A stretch of 59,295 bases of DNA, counting the filler. It is 6 parts of 6 records of this genome, joined end to end, with 100 filler letters (N's around TTAATTAATTAA, not from the genome) between each part and the next. Parts side by side here need not be neighbours in the genome. Positions count along the whole stretch, not along the records: positions 28,636 to 43,965 come from SRR2962707_5209; 5 more parts are not named here. One strand, 5' to 3'. Both the position numbers and the translations under genes were made by a program. Each line of letters opens with the position of its first letter. Position 1 is the stretch's first letter. The notes beneath the pieces are model-generated. The model was not told where the DNA came from and did no database searches. It saw only the letters and a list, made by a program, of their open reading frames with translations. This document shows, one piece after another, positions 32,127-42,061 of the stretch.

Positions 32127-34190
32127 ATGAAAAAGACTTTAACATCATTATTTCTTCTCATTTCGTTTGCTACAGCCTTTGGCCAAACAGGTGCCTTCAG
32201 GAAGATCATAAAGGAAAAATCTACCGTAGATCGTGAAACGTTTTATGATCAGCTGATCCAGTTTCAGCAGGAAAATGTCGAGTTCAGTAATGTTTATTAT
32301 CAGCTTGGTAAAGTGGAGATGGATATCTTTTCATCATTAGACCCCATTGTAGACCGTGTAGCTTCCAGGCAAAGGGTTTATAATGCAAAGACGAATTTTG
32401 GATTAGCGACTAATTACCTGGACGAAAAGGAGATATCCCGTTTTCCTGATTGGTATGATATACCTGATTTGGCAGATAAAGACTCAGTCACCGAAATGGG
32501 TCAAAAAAAAATCCAGAAGAGCTACGAAAACGCCATTGATTATGCTCAGTATTACGAGGAGCTAATTAAAAATTATGATCGAGCAGTGTATCACTACCTC
32601 AAGGCCAGGGAAGGGTTTATTGATATAAATACCAGTGCTGATAACCTCCGTCAACTCTTTTTGAAAGCAGATGATTCACTAAAAATTGCCGTGAAATCAG
32701 TGGGTACAAGTTTCGACTCATCCATGTATCATATGGATATCTACCGAGACATTTACAGGCAATTGCCTCATAAGAAAAAGAGGAAAGTAAATGTCAATAA
32801 GAAAAAGATTGATCACTTCCGAATGAATGGAATTACTCCCGCTAACTTTCTTGCTGATGAGATAGACGTTTGGGATTACAAAGAATGGTCAGATCGATTT
32901 CTTGAACTTTTGAAAGTAGAGGTGGATGGACTTCAGGAAGAAATAAAAACAGCCTATAAATTTTTCATCGCCACTAATGAGAAGATGATCAGTGGTGACG
33001 ACTGTATTCAGGCTGAACTGGACGATTTGAAATTTCAGCGAATCATTAATCTGATCACAAAATATGACAATGAGTCTGTCTTAATTGATATATTTCAATA
33101 CCTGATTGCCAAGCTTGAATACGGTAATAAGCTGGTTTATGAGCGAGTTTGCAATGCATTAGATGAGCCACCCACTGATGATTTTCTTTCGAGAAAGGCT
33201 CGTATTTATCAAAATATTTATGCTTCATTAGAGCAGGCGGATAGTTTAAATGAAGCCATCACTACTTCCGGACACGGACAAGCCACCTTTCAATGGTTTT
33301 TTGATGAAATGATGCCGGGAGAAAATGGCAGTAAAATGTTTGCCGAGGACCAGCTAGCAGAGAACAATCAATCTTTCAAAGCCGAATTATCAGGTCTGAT
33401 GAAGAGTATGAATCAGCAGCGATTCATTACAGATTCCCTTTCAGAATGCTTTGAAATGGATAGTATTTTCTTGATTCCTGGAGCCTTGCCCGAAGGAAAT
33501 TTTTGTGCTGATAGAGGTCTAAAACTGAACGATAATCTTCGATTGCTTTTGGGTAAAGTGGATGATAAGAATGTATTGATTGGTGCTAAATCAGATGAAG
33601 AGAAGTATCAAAAAATATGGGAGTTTGAGCCAACAGGAAATTCTGAAATCTCTTATTTCAAAGTGGTTGGGGATAGCACTTATATGATTGGGGGAACAAC
33701 AGGTAAGGGATGGCTTTCACAGATTTCGCGTAGTGGGAATGAATATTTCACTTCGAACCTCCGGTCTTCTGATCCGGTACAGAATGTGATAGTGAATCAA
33801 CTTCAGGGAGTAGCCACTGTCCTTCAGCAAGGGAGCTCAAATTACACCCTATCAACATTGAATTTCAATGGAAGACTGGAATCTTCAAAGACCCTGAATC
33901 TGGAAGGTGAGTATGTCGGGATGTTTCAGCAAGAACAAGAACTATGGTTTTTTACGCTTAAGAAAACCAGTGAAGGTTCAAAGATATTAGCTACTGTTTA
34001 CAATGAATCACAAGGTGCAGTTACACAGGAAGTGACGTATAGCTTTAATTCAAGTTTAAAGGATCCGGCCATTATTAAAAATGACAATGAGTACATTACG
34101 GTATTGTCAAAAAGTGCCTTTGCCGATGATGAAATTGTGTATGCGCTAATTAATTACGAAGGGGGAATCGAATATGAAAAAGTTTTTTAA
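32127..34190 (+). CDS. Exported hypothetical protein (helical N-part, beta-rich C-part)
   Basis: 687-aa ORF with signal peptide ending AFG-Q; starts 1 nt after the upstream stop and overlaps the downstream start. Confidence 0.85.
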   Translation: MKKTLTSLFLLISFATAFGQTGAFRKIIKEKSTVDRETFYDQLIQFQQENVEFSNVYYQLGKVEMDIFSSLDPIVDRVASRQRVYNAKTNFGLATNYLDEKEISRFPDWYDIPDLADKDSVTEMGQKKIQKSYENAIDYAQYYEELIKNYDRAVYHYLKAREGFIDINTSADNLRQLFLKADDSLKIAVKSVGTSFDSSMYHMDIYRDIYRQLPHKKKRKVNVNKKKIDHFRMNGITPANFLADEIDVWDYKEWSDRFLELLKVEVDGLQEEIKTAYKFFIATNEKMISGDDCIQAELDDLKFQRIINLITKYDNESVLIDIFQYLIAKLEYGNKLVYERVCNALDEPPTDDFLSRKARIYQNIYASLEQADSLNEAITTSGHGQATFQWFFDEMMPGENGSKMFAEDQLAENNQSFKAELSGLMKSMNQQRFITDSLSECFEMDSIFLIPGALPEGNFCADRGLKLNDNLRLLLGKVDDKNVLIGAKSDEEKYQKIWEFEPTGNSEISYFKVVGDSTYMIGGTTGKGWLSQISRSGNEYFTSNLRSSDPVQNVIVNQLQGVATVLQQGSSNYTLSTLNFNGRLESSKTLNLEGEYVGMFQQEQELWFFTLKKTSEGSKILATVYNESQGAVTQEVTYSFNSSLKDPAIIKNDNEYITVLSKSAFADDEIVYALINYEGGIEYEKVF

Positions 34191-37100
34191 TTGGGTTGCA
34201 GCCCTTTCGCTTTGTGTTAGCATTGCTCCTGCTCAGCAGCAGGTAGATTTCAATGCAGAAGTTGATCGCATTGAAACGTTGATCGCTAGTGGAGAATTCG
34301 AATCGGCTAATGCCACTCTTATTGAACTTAAAGAATCATTGGCGAATACTTCATTGATTGAGCAGGATACGGTTCAGCTGTATTTTTCCTCGAAGCTCGC
34401 ATTCGTTGCTTATCAATTAGGCGATTGTGAAAGCACGATTAGACGTAGCAAAGAAGATGTTTCTTTAAGAAGTGAAATTTACGGGCTCGGAGACCCGGTC
34501 ACTCTATCATCAAATAGAAACCTGGGTATTTACTATCTGAATTGCGACTCGACTGAACGAGCACGTGAAGTACTGCAGCAGACTGTACAGACTCATCGAT
34601 CGGAAATAGGCAAGCCGGATGAACTTTATGCTCGCTCTCTCGATGATTTGGCATATGTACAAGGAAAGTTAGGTGATGTAGAAAGTGCAGAGAAAAGCTA
34701 TGATGAACTCATAGGGTTATTGGGAGAGAATAAGACTTCTTTTTATCTGCATGTGATAGAAAATTACAGCGCGCTTTTAATGTCTTCTGAGAAGTACGAA
34801 AAAGCTGCTGTGTTCTACGGTGACTTGAAACCATTCATGGTTCAAAAAGACGAGTATCCATTTTTTCTGAAAGACTTCTATAATGTTTTTGTCCATCAAA
34901 AGGACTATGTAAAAGCATTAGAGACTGCCAGTGACTTGCTATCATGGTGTGATCAGGATGCCTCTCAGTGTGAGCAAACAGGAATAGATATGGCAGAGTT
35001 TGCACTTAATAGCGCTCGATTGGCCGTCCTGCTTTTCCGGTATAAGGAAGCTGAAAAATATTACACCAGGGTTGAAGAAGCTTATAAGGAATCGCCAAAG
35101 TATGTTTCTATTTTGTTGGAGCAATCAGCATTATACAACTCTACAGGTGAGAAATACAAGCAGCTAAATATTTTAAGCAAATCATTGATTACTCATCGAT
35201 CCAGAAACCTCACCGATAGTGCAAGCTACACCAAGACGGTACTTGAGCTGGGTAAACTACATACTGAAATGGGTCGGTTTGAGCGAGCGGACGAAGTGTT
35301 TAGCAACTACATTTCTGATCTGGAGTCAAATGAAAATACTGAGCCCAAAAAGCTGGCGGTAGCATATCAGTCGCTGGGCAATCAGCGATACCTTCTTCAA
35401 AATTTTAAAGATGCGGATAAGTATTTGACCAAGGCCAAAAAAATATTAGCTGACAATGATCTTGATAATACTACTGAGTACGCCTCAGTTTTGAATAGTC
35501 AGGGTGCTTTGTATGAGGCGTTAGCCAATTACAAAAAAGCAGAGGCTAACTACAGAAATGCGTTAAGCGTTTCTTTTGAAGAGGAATCGGGTTTAAGGAT
35601 TGCCCTTGCGACCAATCTGGCTAATATTCTTACCCGAACAGATGCTGAAAACGACTCAATATTGGTTTTGCTTAACCAGGCGATAAATTGGCAAAGCAAC
35701 TCATCAGGAAAGGATCATCCTGCCTACGCCAATTTGCTCAGTAACCGGGGTGTGTATTATCAAAAGAATGAAATATTCGATCTGGGATTAAAGGACTATG
35801 AGGAGGCCATCAAGATTTTTAAATATACTGTTCCGGAGGATCATCCGCAGTTTTTATCTGCACTCTCAAATTTGGGTCTTTTGTATGACCTGATGGATCG
35901 AAAGGAAGAGGCTCTGAAGACAATGATAGAAGCAAAGAGTCTTTATGCTAAATACTACTCACAGACGCATCCAGGCTATATCCGAACGGTAAATAACCTT
36001 GCTAATCTTTACACCAAAAAAGAGCAGTATGAGCTGGCTGAGCCACTATTACTCTCACTGGCAGAAGCCCAGGTCAGGGAAATCAACGAGTCCTTTACCT
36101 ATTTGTCAGAATCTGAGAAAAAGATTTTTGTAGAGGAAAAGCAAAAGCTTCTGAACAACTTCAAAGGATATGTGGTGGCACGGTCTACCAACGAGGAAGG
36201 AAGCATCAAGCCTGAGGTGGTGGAAGAGTGGTATAACCTGGAGTTGAGTACAAAAGGTATGCTTTTGAATTCCACCAAAAAGGTACGTGAACAGATATTC
36301 AACAGTGGCGACCGGGAGCTAATTGATTTATTTTCAGAATGGACAGTAGCCAGGAAGCAAATCGCTGATTTACAATCACTGAAAAGTGAGTTAAAACAAA
36401 GAAGTTCATCCAGGCTAGATAGCCTTCTTCAGAAAACCAACGATTTGGAGAAGGAGCTCTCTAGGAGGTCAGCCGAATTTGACGGATCTTTTGGTGGATC
36501 AGCGCCTACGTTTGATCAAATCAGACAAAAGCTCCAACCAGCTGCGGCCACCGTGGAAATCATTCGGACAGAGCTAAACGGAGAGGGTATTTATACCGCT
36601 TTGATCGGCACTTCTGATTTAGAATATCCTGATTTGATCGTGCTTGGCAAGGGCAGTGAATTTGAAAACAAGGCCTTTACGGTCTATAAAAACGCAATCA
36701 AATTCAAGGTGGATGATCCAAAATCATTTGATACCTACTGGAGGAAAATTCACAAATACCTTCTATCAAAAGGAGTGAATAAAATATTCTATTCCCCGGA
36801 TGGTATATACCATAAGATCAGTGTAAATACGCTCTATGATCCTACCACAAAGAATTACCTGATTGATGAGCTGGAAGTCGTGCAGCTCAGTTCAACCAAA
36901 GATTTTTTAGCACTTGAATTTAATGATGGTCAGGCAGATCAAATAAGCAATGTCTTGTTGGTGGGACGTCCTTCTTATAAGATTGGGGGCTCTGATGCGG
37001 TCGCAGGAACCACCAGGAGTTTTGCGATGATCAGCGATGTGTCAGATTTGCCCGGTACGGAAGAAGAAATCACGGAGATTAATAAACTGATGGAGAAATC

Positions 37101-37632
37101 AGAAGTGAAATCAGAAGTGCTTCTTAAGGATGACGCGAATGAAGAAGCTGTTAAATCGAAGCTGAACCGGGGCTTGGTCCATATTGCTACCCATGGATTT
37201 TTCATGGAAGATAAGAATGCACCGAGTGAAGACCCGATGCTAAGTTCTGGTTTGCTCTTAGCCGGAGTAAGCAATATGCAGGGGGCTGATAAAGATGACG
37301 GCATCTTAACAGCCTATGAAATCATGAACCTGGGATTGAATAACCTGGAGATGGTGGTACTTTCTGCATGTGAGACAGGGTTGGGCGAGATTGCATCAGG
37401 CGAAGGTATTTATGGATTACAGCGGGCCTTTTTTGTAGGTGGGGCAAAGGCAGTCGTCATGTCTCTTTGGAAGGTTGATGATAATGCAACTCGTGACCTA
37501 ATGACCATTTTTTATAAGGATTACCTGAAAAACGGCAATAAAAGAGAGGCTTTCCTTGAAGCACAGCGAAAAATCAAAAAGAAATATAAGGATCCCATTT
37601 TCTGGGGAGCATTTGTGATGCTGGGAGGCTGA
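34174..37632 (+). CDS. Exported TPR-repeat CHAT (caspase-like, clan CD) protease
   Basis: Signal peptide, many kinesin-light-chain-like TPRs (HP.Y...L.NL..LY), SPDG, LPGT..E, catalytic HIATHGF and LSACETG, GLQRAF, SLWKV.D, P.FWGAF. Confidence 0.93.
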   Translation: MKKFFNWVAALSLCVSIAPAQQQVDFNAEVDRIETLIASGEFESANATLIELKESLANTSLIEQDTVQLYFSSKLAFVAYQLGDCESTIRRSKEDVSLRSEIYGLGDPVTLSSNRNLGIYYLNCDSTERAREVLQQTVQTHRSEIGKPDELYARSLDDLAYVQGKLGDVESAEKSYDELIGLLGENKTSFYLHVIENYSALLMSSEKYEKAAVFYGDLKPFMVQKDEYPFFLKDFYNVFVHQKDYVKALETASDLLSWCDQDASQCEQTGIDMAEFALNSARLAVLLFRYKEAEKYYTRVEEAYKESPKYVSILLEQSALYNSTGEKYKQLNILSKSLITHRSRNLTDSASYTKTVLELGKLHTEMGRFERADEVFSNYISDLESNENTEPKKLAVAYQSLGNQRYLLQNFKDADKYLTKAKKILADNDLDNTTEYASVLNSQGALYEALANYKKAEANYRNALSVSFEEESGLRIALATNLANILTRTDAENDSILVLLNQAINWQSNSSGKDHPAYANLLSNRGVYYQKNEIFDLGLKDYEEAIKIFKYTVPEDHPQFLSALSNLGLLYDLMDRKEEALKTMIEAKSLYAKYYSQTHPGYIRTVNNLANLYTKKEQYELAEPLLLSLAEAQVREINESFTYLSESEKKIFVEEKQKLLNNFKGYVVARSTNEEGSIKPEVVEEWYNLELSTKGMLLNSTKKVREQIFNSGDRELIDLFSEWTVARKQIADLQSLKSELKQRSSSRLDSLLQKTNDLEKELSRRSAEFDGSFGGSAPTFDQIRQKLQPAAATVEIIRTELNGEGIYTALIGTSDLEYPDLIVLGKGSEFENKAFTVYKNAIKFKVDDPKSFDTYWRKIHKYLLSKGVNKIFYSPDGIYHKISVNTLYDPTTKNYLIDELEVVQLSSTKDFLALEFNDGQADQISNVLLVGRPSYKIGGSDAVAGTTRSFAMISDVSDLPGTEEEITEINKLMEKSEVKSEVLLKDDANEEAVKSKLNRGLVHIATHGFFMEDKNAPSEDPMLSSGLLLAGVSNMQGADKDDGILTAYEIMNLGLNNLEMVVLSACETGLGEIASGEGIYGLQRAFFVGGAKAVVMSLWKVDDNATRDLMTIFYKDYLKNGNKREAFLEAQRKIKKKYKDPIFWGAFVMLGG

Positions 37633-37652
37633 TATTAAAGAGTCAGCTCTTA

Positions 37653-37683
37653 TTGCAATCTTATCATTGTTTAAATACTTTTG
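37653..37683 (+). promoter_or_regulatory. Bacteroidota promoter for tRNA-Leu
   Basis: TTG (37653-55), 20-nt spacer, TACTTTTG (37676-83) matching TAnnTTTG. Confidence 0.75.
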
Positions 37684-37715
37684 CCCACCGTTTACCAAAC
37701 CCGAAAGATTTTGAT

Positions 37716-37797
37716 GCCTGAGTGGCGGAACTGGTAGACGCGCACGACTCAAACTCGTGTTCCGCAAGGAGTGCCGGTTCGATTCCGGCCTCAGGTA
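37716..37797 (+). tRNA. tRNA-Leu(CAA), no encoded CCA
   Basis: Acceptor GCCTGAG/CTCAGGT, anticodon arm CACGA-CTCAAAC-TCGTG, variable arm TCC-GCAA-GGA, T arm GCCGG-TTCGATT-CCGGC. Confidence 0.97.
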
Positions 37798-37842
37798 CTA
37801 AATCCTTCCCAATTTTTGGGGAGGATTTTTTGTTTTTGAATA

Positions 37843-38109
37843 GTTCCGCAAGGAGTGCCTGTTCGACCGAATCGTCGGACCGTCCACCCTCAGGTACGAA
37901 TCCTTCTCATTTTTTTGAGAAGGATTTTTTTATGTTCCTCAAGGAGTGTCGGTTCGACCGAAACGTCGGACCGTCCGGCCTCAGGTGCGAATTCTTCTTA
38001 GTTTTCTGGGTGGATTTTTTTATGTTCCTAAAATAAGCCCGATTCGTCCGTATCTAAGGACCGCTCAGCCTCAGGTACTGAAACGCTTCTTTGAACAGAG
38101 GAGGTTTTT
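37843..38109 (+). repeat. Three tandem ~90-bp units, each a degenerate tRNA-Leu 3' half with a T-loop insert plus a terminator-like hairpin
   Basis: Units start at 37843, 37934 and 38024; all end CCTCAGGT like the tRNA and are followed by a hairpin and T run. Confidence 0.9.
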
Positions 38110-38179
38110 GGTTCTTAATTCATATTAATTCGGTGTTTTCCTTCTTGCGATCTTAACTTTAGCTTCCCAAATCACGGTT

Positions 38180-39283
38180 ATGAATATTTCTTTCAGCAAA
38201 TTCTTTTACGCAATTGCATCTATCGTTGGGATTGTGGCCATCATGCACTTTGCCAAGATCATCCTTGTGCCTATTTTCTTCGCTATGCTCTTCGCATTTA
38301 TACTTTATCCAATGGTGAAATGGATGAGTAAAAAGGGGGTAAAAAAAGTATTGGGTATCATCCTGACTATGGGAGGGGTATTGATCCTTTTTTCCGGAGT
38401 TTTGGTGCTCTTCTCGGCTCAAATTATCAACATGGCCAGCCAGTATTCTAACTTCCTGGAGAAACTGAGAGATACACTTGAAACATCAGTAAAATTCCTC
38501 AATGACCAAGTTCAGATCATCCCTGATATAGAGTCACAAACGATACTGGATAAGCTCTCTAATCTGTTTTCCGATAGTAGCTTTCTGATCATTTCCGATA
38601 CCGTGAGTGTGACCGGGTCGTTTCTTTCATTCGTTGTACTTGCAAGTATTTATACGTTCCTCATCCTTTTTTATAGTGAACATCTGACAGAAGCACTTAC
38701 TCGCTTTGCACATAAAAGCAAGAGGAGGTCGTTCATCAACATGCTGAGAGAGGTACAGCAGGTAGGTCAGCAATATTTTACCGGAATGCTGTTGTTGATA
38801 TTAGTGCTCGGGGTGTTAAATACGGTGGGTTTGTTAATTCTGGGTATGGATTATGCATTTTTCTTTGGATTCCTTGCAGCACTATTGGCCATCGTTCCCT
38901 ATGTGGGCACCACCCTTGGAGGACTTATTCCTACCATTTATGCATTTATCGCATTCGATAGTTATTGGTATCCTATAGGTGTGATCCTCATTTTTTGGTT
39001 TATCCAGTTTCTGGAAGGCAATTTTTTAAACCCTAAAATTGTAGGTGGCCATATGCAGATTAACGCACTCTTTTCTATTTTCTCCCTGATAGCAGGAGGT
39101 GTACTGTGGGGAATTTCTGGAATGATCCTGTTTCTTCCTTTGGTCGCCATGCTAAAAGTAATTTGTAGCCACTATGAAGAGTTGGAACCGGTGGCTTCAC
39201 TGATTGGGGAAAGGATAACCGAGGTGCAACGCGTGGAGGAAAAAAATGTATTGGAGAAGGTGATAGACAAGCTTAAACAATGA
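38180..39283 (+). CDS. AI-2E family transporter
   Basis: ILVPIFFA..FA..LYP, L..LG.DYA.FFG.LAALL.IVPYVG, QFLEGNFLNPKIVG, GG.LWG..GM.L..P. Confidence 0.92.
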   Translation: MNISFSKFFYAIASIVGIVAIMHFAKIILVPIFFAMLFAFILYPMVKWMSKKGVKKVLGIILTMGGVLILFSGVLVLFSAQIINMASQYSNFLEKLRDTLETSVKFLNDQVQIIPDIESQTILDKLSNLFSDSSFLIISDTVSVTGSFLSFVVLASIYTFLILFYSEHLTEALTRFAHKSKRRSFINMLREVQQVGQQYFTGMLLLILVLGVLNTVGLLILGMDYAFFFGFLAALLAIVPYVGTTLGGLIPTIYAFIAFDSYWYPIGVILIFWFIQFLEGNFLNPKIVGGHMQINALFSIFSLIAGGVLWGISGMILFLPLVAMLKVICSHYEELEPVASLIGERITEVQRVEEKNVLEKVIDKLKQ

Positions 39284-39751
39284 CTATTCAAATCGATTGT
39301 ACCTGCACTCATACTGGCACTGAAGATACAAGGTAGTTAATTGCCTTTCGAGATCATCAGGTACATCTATGAAAATGATCTTCATTTTTTTCATAGCCTC
39401 TATTGCATCAGTTATCGTGTAAAAAGGATTAGCCTCTTTATGTATGCCTGCCATTACGTAAGCAAGTTTTTGCTGGTATTTACTATTTCCCTTAAAATGT
39501 CTAACAAGTCTTCTGATCACATAAGAGGACTCATCGATGTAGATAAGTTTACCGTCATCTATAAAACCATATATACCTTTAAAATCAGATAATCTCCCGG
39601 TTTTCTTAAGAATTGATTTTACGCCGTTTCCCTTTTTGTAAAAAACATCAGCCGGCATAGCACTTTCCTTTAAGACGCTAATCATTTCCTTCCTTTTCGG
39701 AAGGTTTTCATTCACAATTCTATCAAAACGCAATGCGAGAGGCTGTTCCAT
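39284..39751 (-). CDS. GIY-YIG-like protein, probably catalytically degenerate
   Basis: KGIYGF.....IYIDES....RRL.RH and terminal YN; YIG is YID and no Glu in the expected C-terminal helix. Confidence 0.6.
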   Translation of the reverse strand: MEQPLALRFDRIVNENLPKRKEMISVLKESAMPADVFYKKGNGVKSILKKTGRLSDFKGIYGFIDDGKLIYIDESSYVIRRLVRHFKGNSKYQQKLAYVMAGIHKEANPFYTITDAIEAMKKMKIIFIDVPDDLERQLTTLYLQCQYECRYNRFE

Positions 39752-39877
39752 GAGGTTTAATTAGACTTATAAGATAAAAAGATTTGTATTTATCTCTTGA
39801 TCCACTCCCATTATCAGTTTTTTCGTCCATGAAAAAGCCCTATTTTTATTGCCCCTTAATAAATCAATAAACTAACC

Positions 39878-40252
39878 TTGAGCAACTCGAAATATACGTG
39901 CCTTATCATTGAAGACGATCCCGCATTTGTGGAGATATTAAAAGTGGTAGTTAAAAAGGTTCCGGAAGTAGAATTGCTGGGAAACTGCGATAATACGCTC
40001 GAGGCGGCCAAGCGAATAGACCTGGACAAGCCGGACTTATTACTACTGGATATCAATATTTCAGGCCTGGAAGGACCTGAGGTGCTAGAGTTGAGTGATC
40101 ATAAACCAAAAACCATCGTGATCTCAAGCCATCCGGAAGAGGTGATGGAAAACTATGAGGTGGAGTATGTTTCTTTCATTCAAAAGCCACTTAAAAACTC
40201 TGATCAACTGGTAAATGCTATTCATAAATGCATTAAATTGATGGATCATTAA
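39878..40252 (+). CDS. Stand-alone receiver-domain response regulator (LytR-type REC, no output domain)
   Basis: IIEDD, PDLLLLDI phospho-acceptor, ISS, QKP; 124 aa; TTG start. Confidence 0.88.
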   Translation: MSNSKYTCLIIEDDPAFVEILKVVVKKVPEVELLGNCDNTLEAAKRIDLDKPDLLLLDINISGLEGPEVLELSDHKPKTIVISSHPEEVMENYEVEYVSFIQKPLKNSDQLVNAIHKCIKLMDH

Positions 40253-40276
40253 GATCCGGCAGGTTTAGACCTGCAG

Positions 40277-41914
40277 ATGAAGAGCATTTTTAGAAAGATT
40301 AGCCGCGCCGGGCTGGAAGGATTATCTGATCCTCTTGATTTTAGAAGGGTATTGTTCATCAACAACCTTTCTATTGTAAGTAGTATCGTCTCCTATACGA
40401 TCACAATTCTGTTAATTTTTGAGGACTTATTTCCTCAGTTTGTTGTCACCGCTGTATCAGGTACTTTTTTTCTTCTAGTGATTTACTTCAATAGTCTGAA
40501 AAAGTATGCGCTTGCAAGAACCTATTTCCTCTCTTTTACTGTAGCCATTTTAATAGTCGCATCCTTCGTGGCTTTTGAGCAGGAAAGGTTTAATGAGACA
40601 GAAAATATTCTTATCGGGTTTATGGCGGTTAGCTATCTACTTTACGATGGTAAATTTAGGTATGTCGGTTTTATCGTCATGTTTGTTGTGCTGATCTGGC
40701 TCAAGTTTGTAAGACAAGAGTACCAGGGAAATCCTTATGATTTTAACTTTTTTATCAACCTTCAAAATGTAACGATCCTATGTCTTCTGGTATACCTTTT
40801 TGCAGATGCCTTTCGAAAGTCGCTACTTAAGTCGTTTGTTCGATTAAAAGAGAAGGACGAGCTGCTGTATTCCATGATCGATACTGTGCCACTTTTCATC
40901 GGTTTGGTCGATAAGGAGTTAAAGTATCGAATGGTAAACATCAACTATGAAAAATCTTTTGGGAAGAAAAGAGAGGGGATTATCGGGTCACATATTAGTG
41001 AGGTTCTCCCGCCCAATATTCTAAAAATTCACATGCCGATGGTTGAGGAGGCATTGCAAGGAAAAAGTCCGGAGTTTTTGGAGCATACAGAGATGCCGGA
41101 TGGGAGCACATTTTATGCGGGAGGAAAGTATATGCCTGTTCGCTCCGATAAAGGTGAAATTATAGGTGTATCGGTTTTCGTTAATGACGTAACCAAGCTA
41201 GAGGTGGCAAAAAATAAACTACAGGCTGCCAACTCTACAAAGGATAAATTGTTCTCAATCGTGGCTCATGATATCAGAGGGCCACTTGATCTATTTGATG
41301 GTTTGCTGGACGTGTCCAGTGAGGTGGAAATGTCTCCTGAGGATTTTCAAAAACATCAGTCGAGAATTAAAGGGAAGTTAGGTGAACTCAAAGAAACGGT
41401 TAGTAATCTTTTGGAGTGGGCCCGGTCCCAACTTGATGGGGTTAATTCTGTGCCAGCCTCAACGGGTATATATGATATGGTTCAGTCAAATTTGGATTTG
41501 TATAAGGAGTTAATTGATCATAAAAGCATTACTATATACACAGATATTGATTCGAATATCAAAGGCTGGATTGATGGAAATCACCTGAAAATAGCAATTC
41601 GAAACATTTTACATAATGCATTGAAGTTTACCGAGAGAGGTGGGGAAGTACATTTAGCCGGTAGCAGACAAGATGATTTGATCATATTGAAAATAAAAGA
41701 TACAGGAGTTGGAATGGATGAAAATAAGGTGAAATCCATTTTGGATAAAGAGCTCCAGCCGTCTAGTAGTGGCACTGCTGGTGAAATGGGCACAGGACTG
41801 GGTTTAAGCTTGAGTCTTGAATTACTGGAAAAAAATAATTGTGAAGTGGATATTCAAAGTGAAGTCAATATCGGAACTGAAATCACAATTAAAATGGAGG
41901 CCTCAAAAAATTAA
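40277..41914 (+). CDS. Membrane-bound PAS sensor histidine kinase
   Basis: About 6 N-terminal TMs, PAS (VNINYE..FG....IIG), H-box SIVAHDIRGPL, N-box NALKF, DTGVGM, GTGLGL. Confidence 0.93.
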   Translation: MKSIFRKISRAGLEGLSDPLDFRRVLFINNLSIVSSIVSYTITILLIFEDLFPQFVVTAVSGTFFLLVIYFNSLKKYALARTYFLSFTVAILIVASFVAFEQERFNETENILIGFMAVSYLLYDGKFRYVGFIVMFVVLIWLKFVRQEYQGNPYDFNFFINLQNVTILCLLVYLFADAFRKSLLKSFVRLKEKDELLYSMIDTVPLFIGLVDKELKYRMVNINYEKSFGKKREGIIGSHISEVLPPNILKIHMPMVEEALQGKSPEFLEHTEMPDGSTFYAGGKYMPVRSDKGEIIGVSVFVNDVTKLEVAKNKLQAANSTKDKLFSIVAHDIRGPLDLFDGLLDVSSEVEMSPEDFQKHQSRIKGKLGELKETVSNLLEWARSQLDGVNSVPASTGIYDMVQSNLDLYKELIDHKSITIYTDIDSNIKGWIDGNHLKIAIRNILHNALKFTERGGEVHLAGSRQDDLIILKIKDTGVGMDENKVKSILDKELQPSSSGTAGEMGTGLGLSLSLELLEKNNCEVDIQSEVNIGTEITIKMEASKN

Positions 41915-42061
41915 ATTCACACTTACTTCTTAGGTGGTTAAACTAGAAAAATCAGCTACTCATCGATTGCTTTGAATTAAATGTCCATGGATGGTTACCT
42001 TTTGGGCGTTTTTACTATTTACTAAAACTGAAAGCTGAAGCTTTCAACCGGTTGAGTCACT

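Noticed and set aside
34174-37632. Craspase (type III-E CRISPR) or NLR-type defence locus
   Set aside because: No Cas7-11, CRISPR array, NTPase or gasdermin-like gene nearby, and the CHAT protein has a signal peptide.
37843-38109. CRISPR array
   Set aside because: The repeats are degenerate tRNA 3' halves, the intervening parts are related terminator hairpins rather than unique spacers, and no cas genes are present.
37722-38128. ORFs 37722-38036, 37946-38128 and 37498-37767
   Set aside because: Shadow translations of tRNA-Leu and its repeats.
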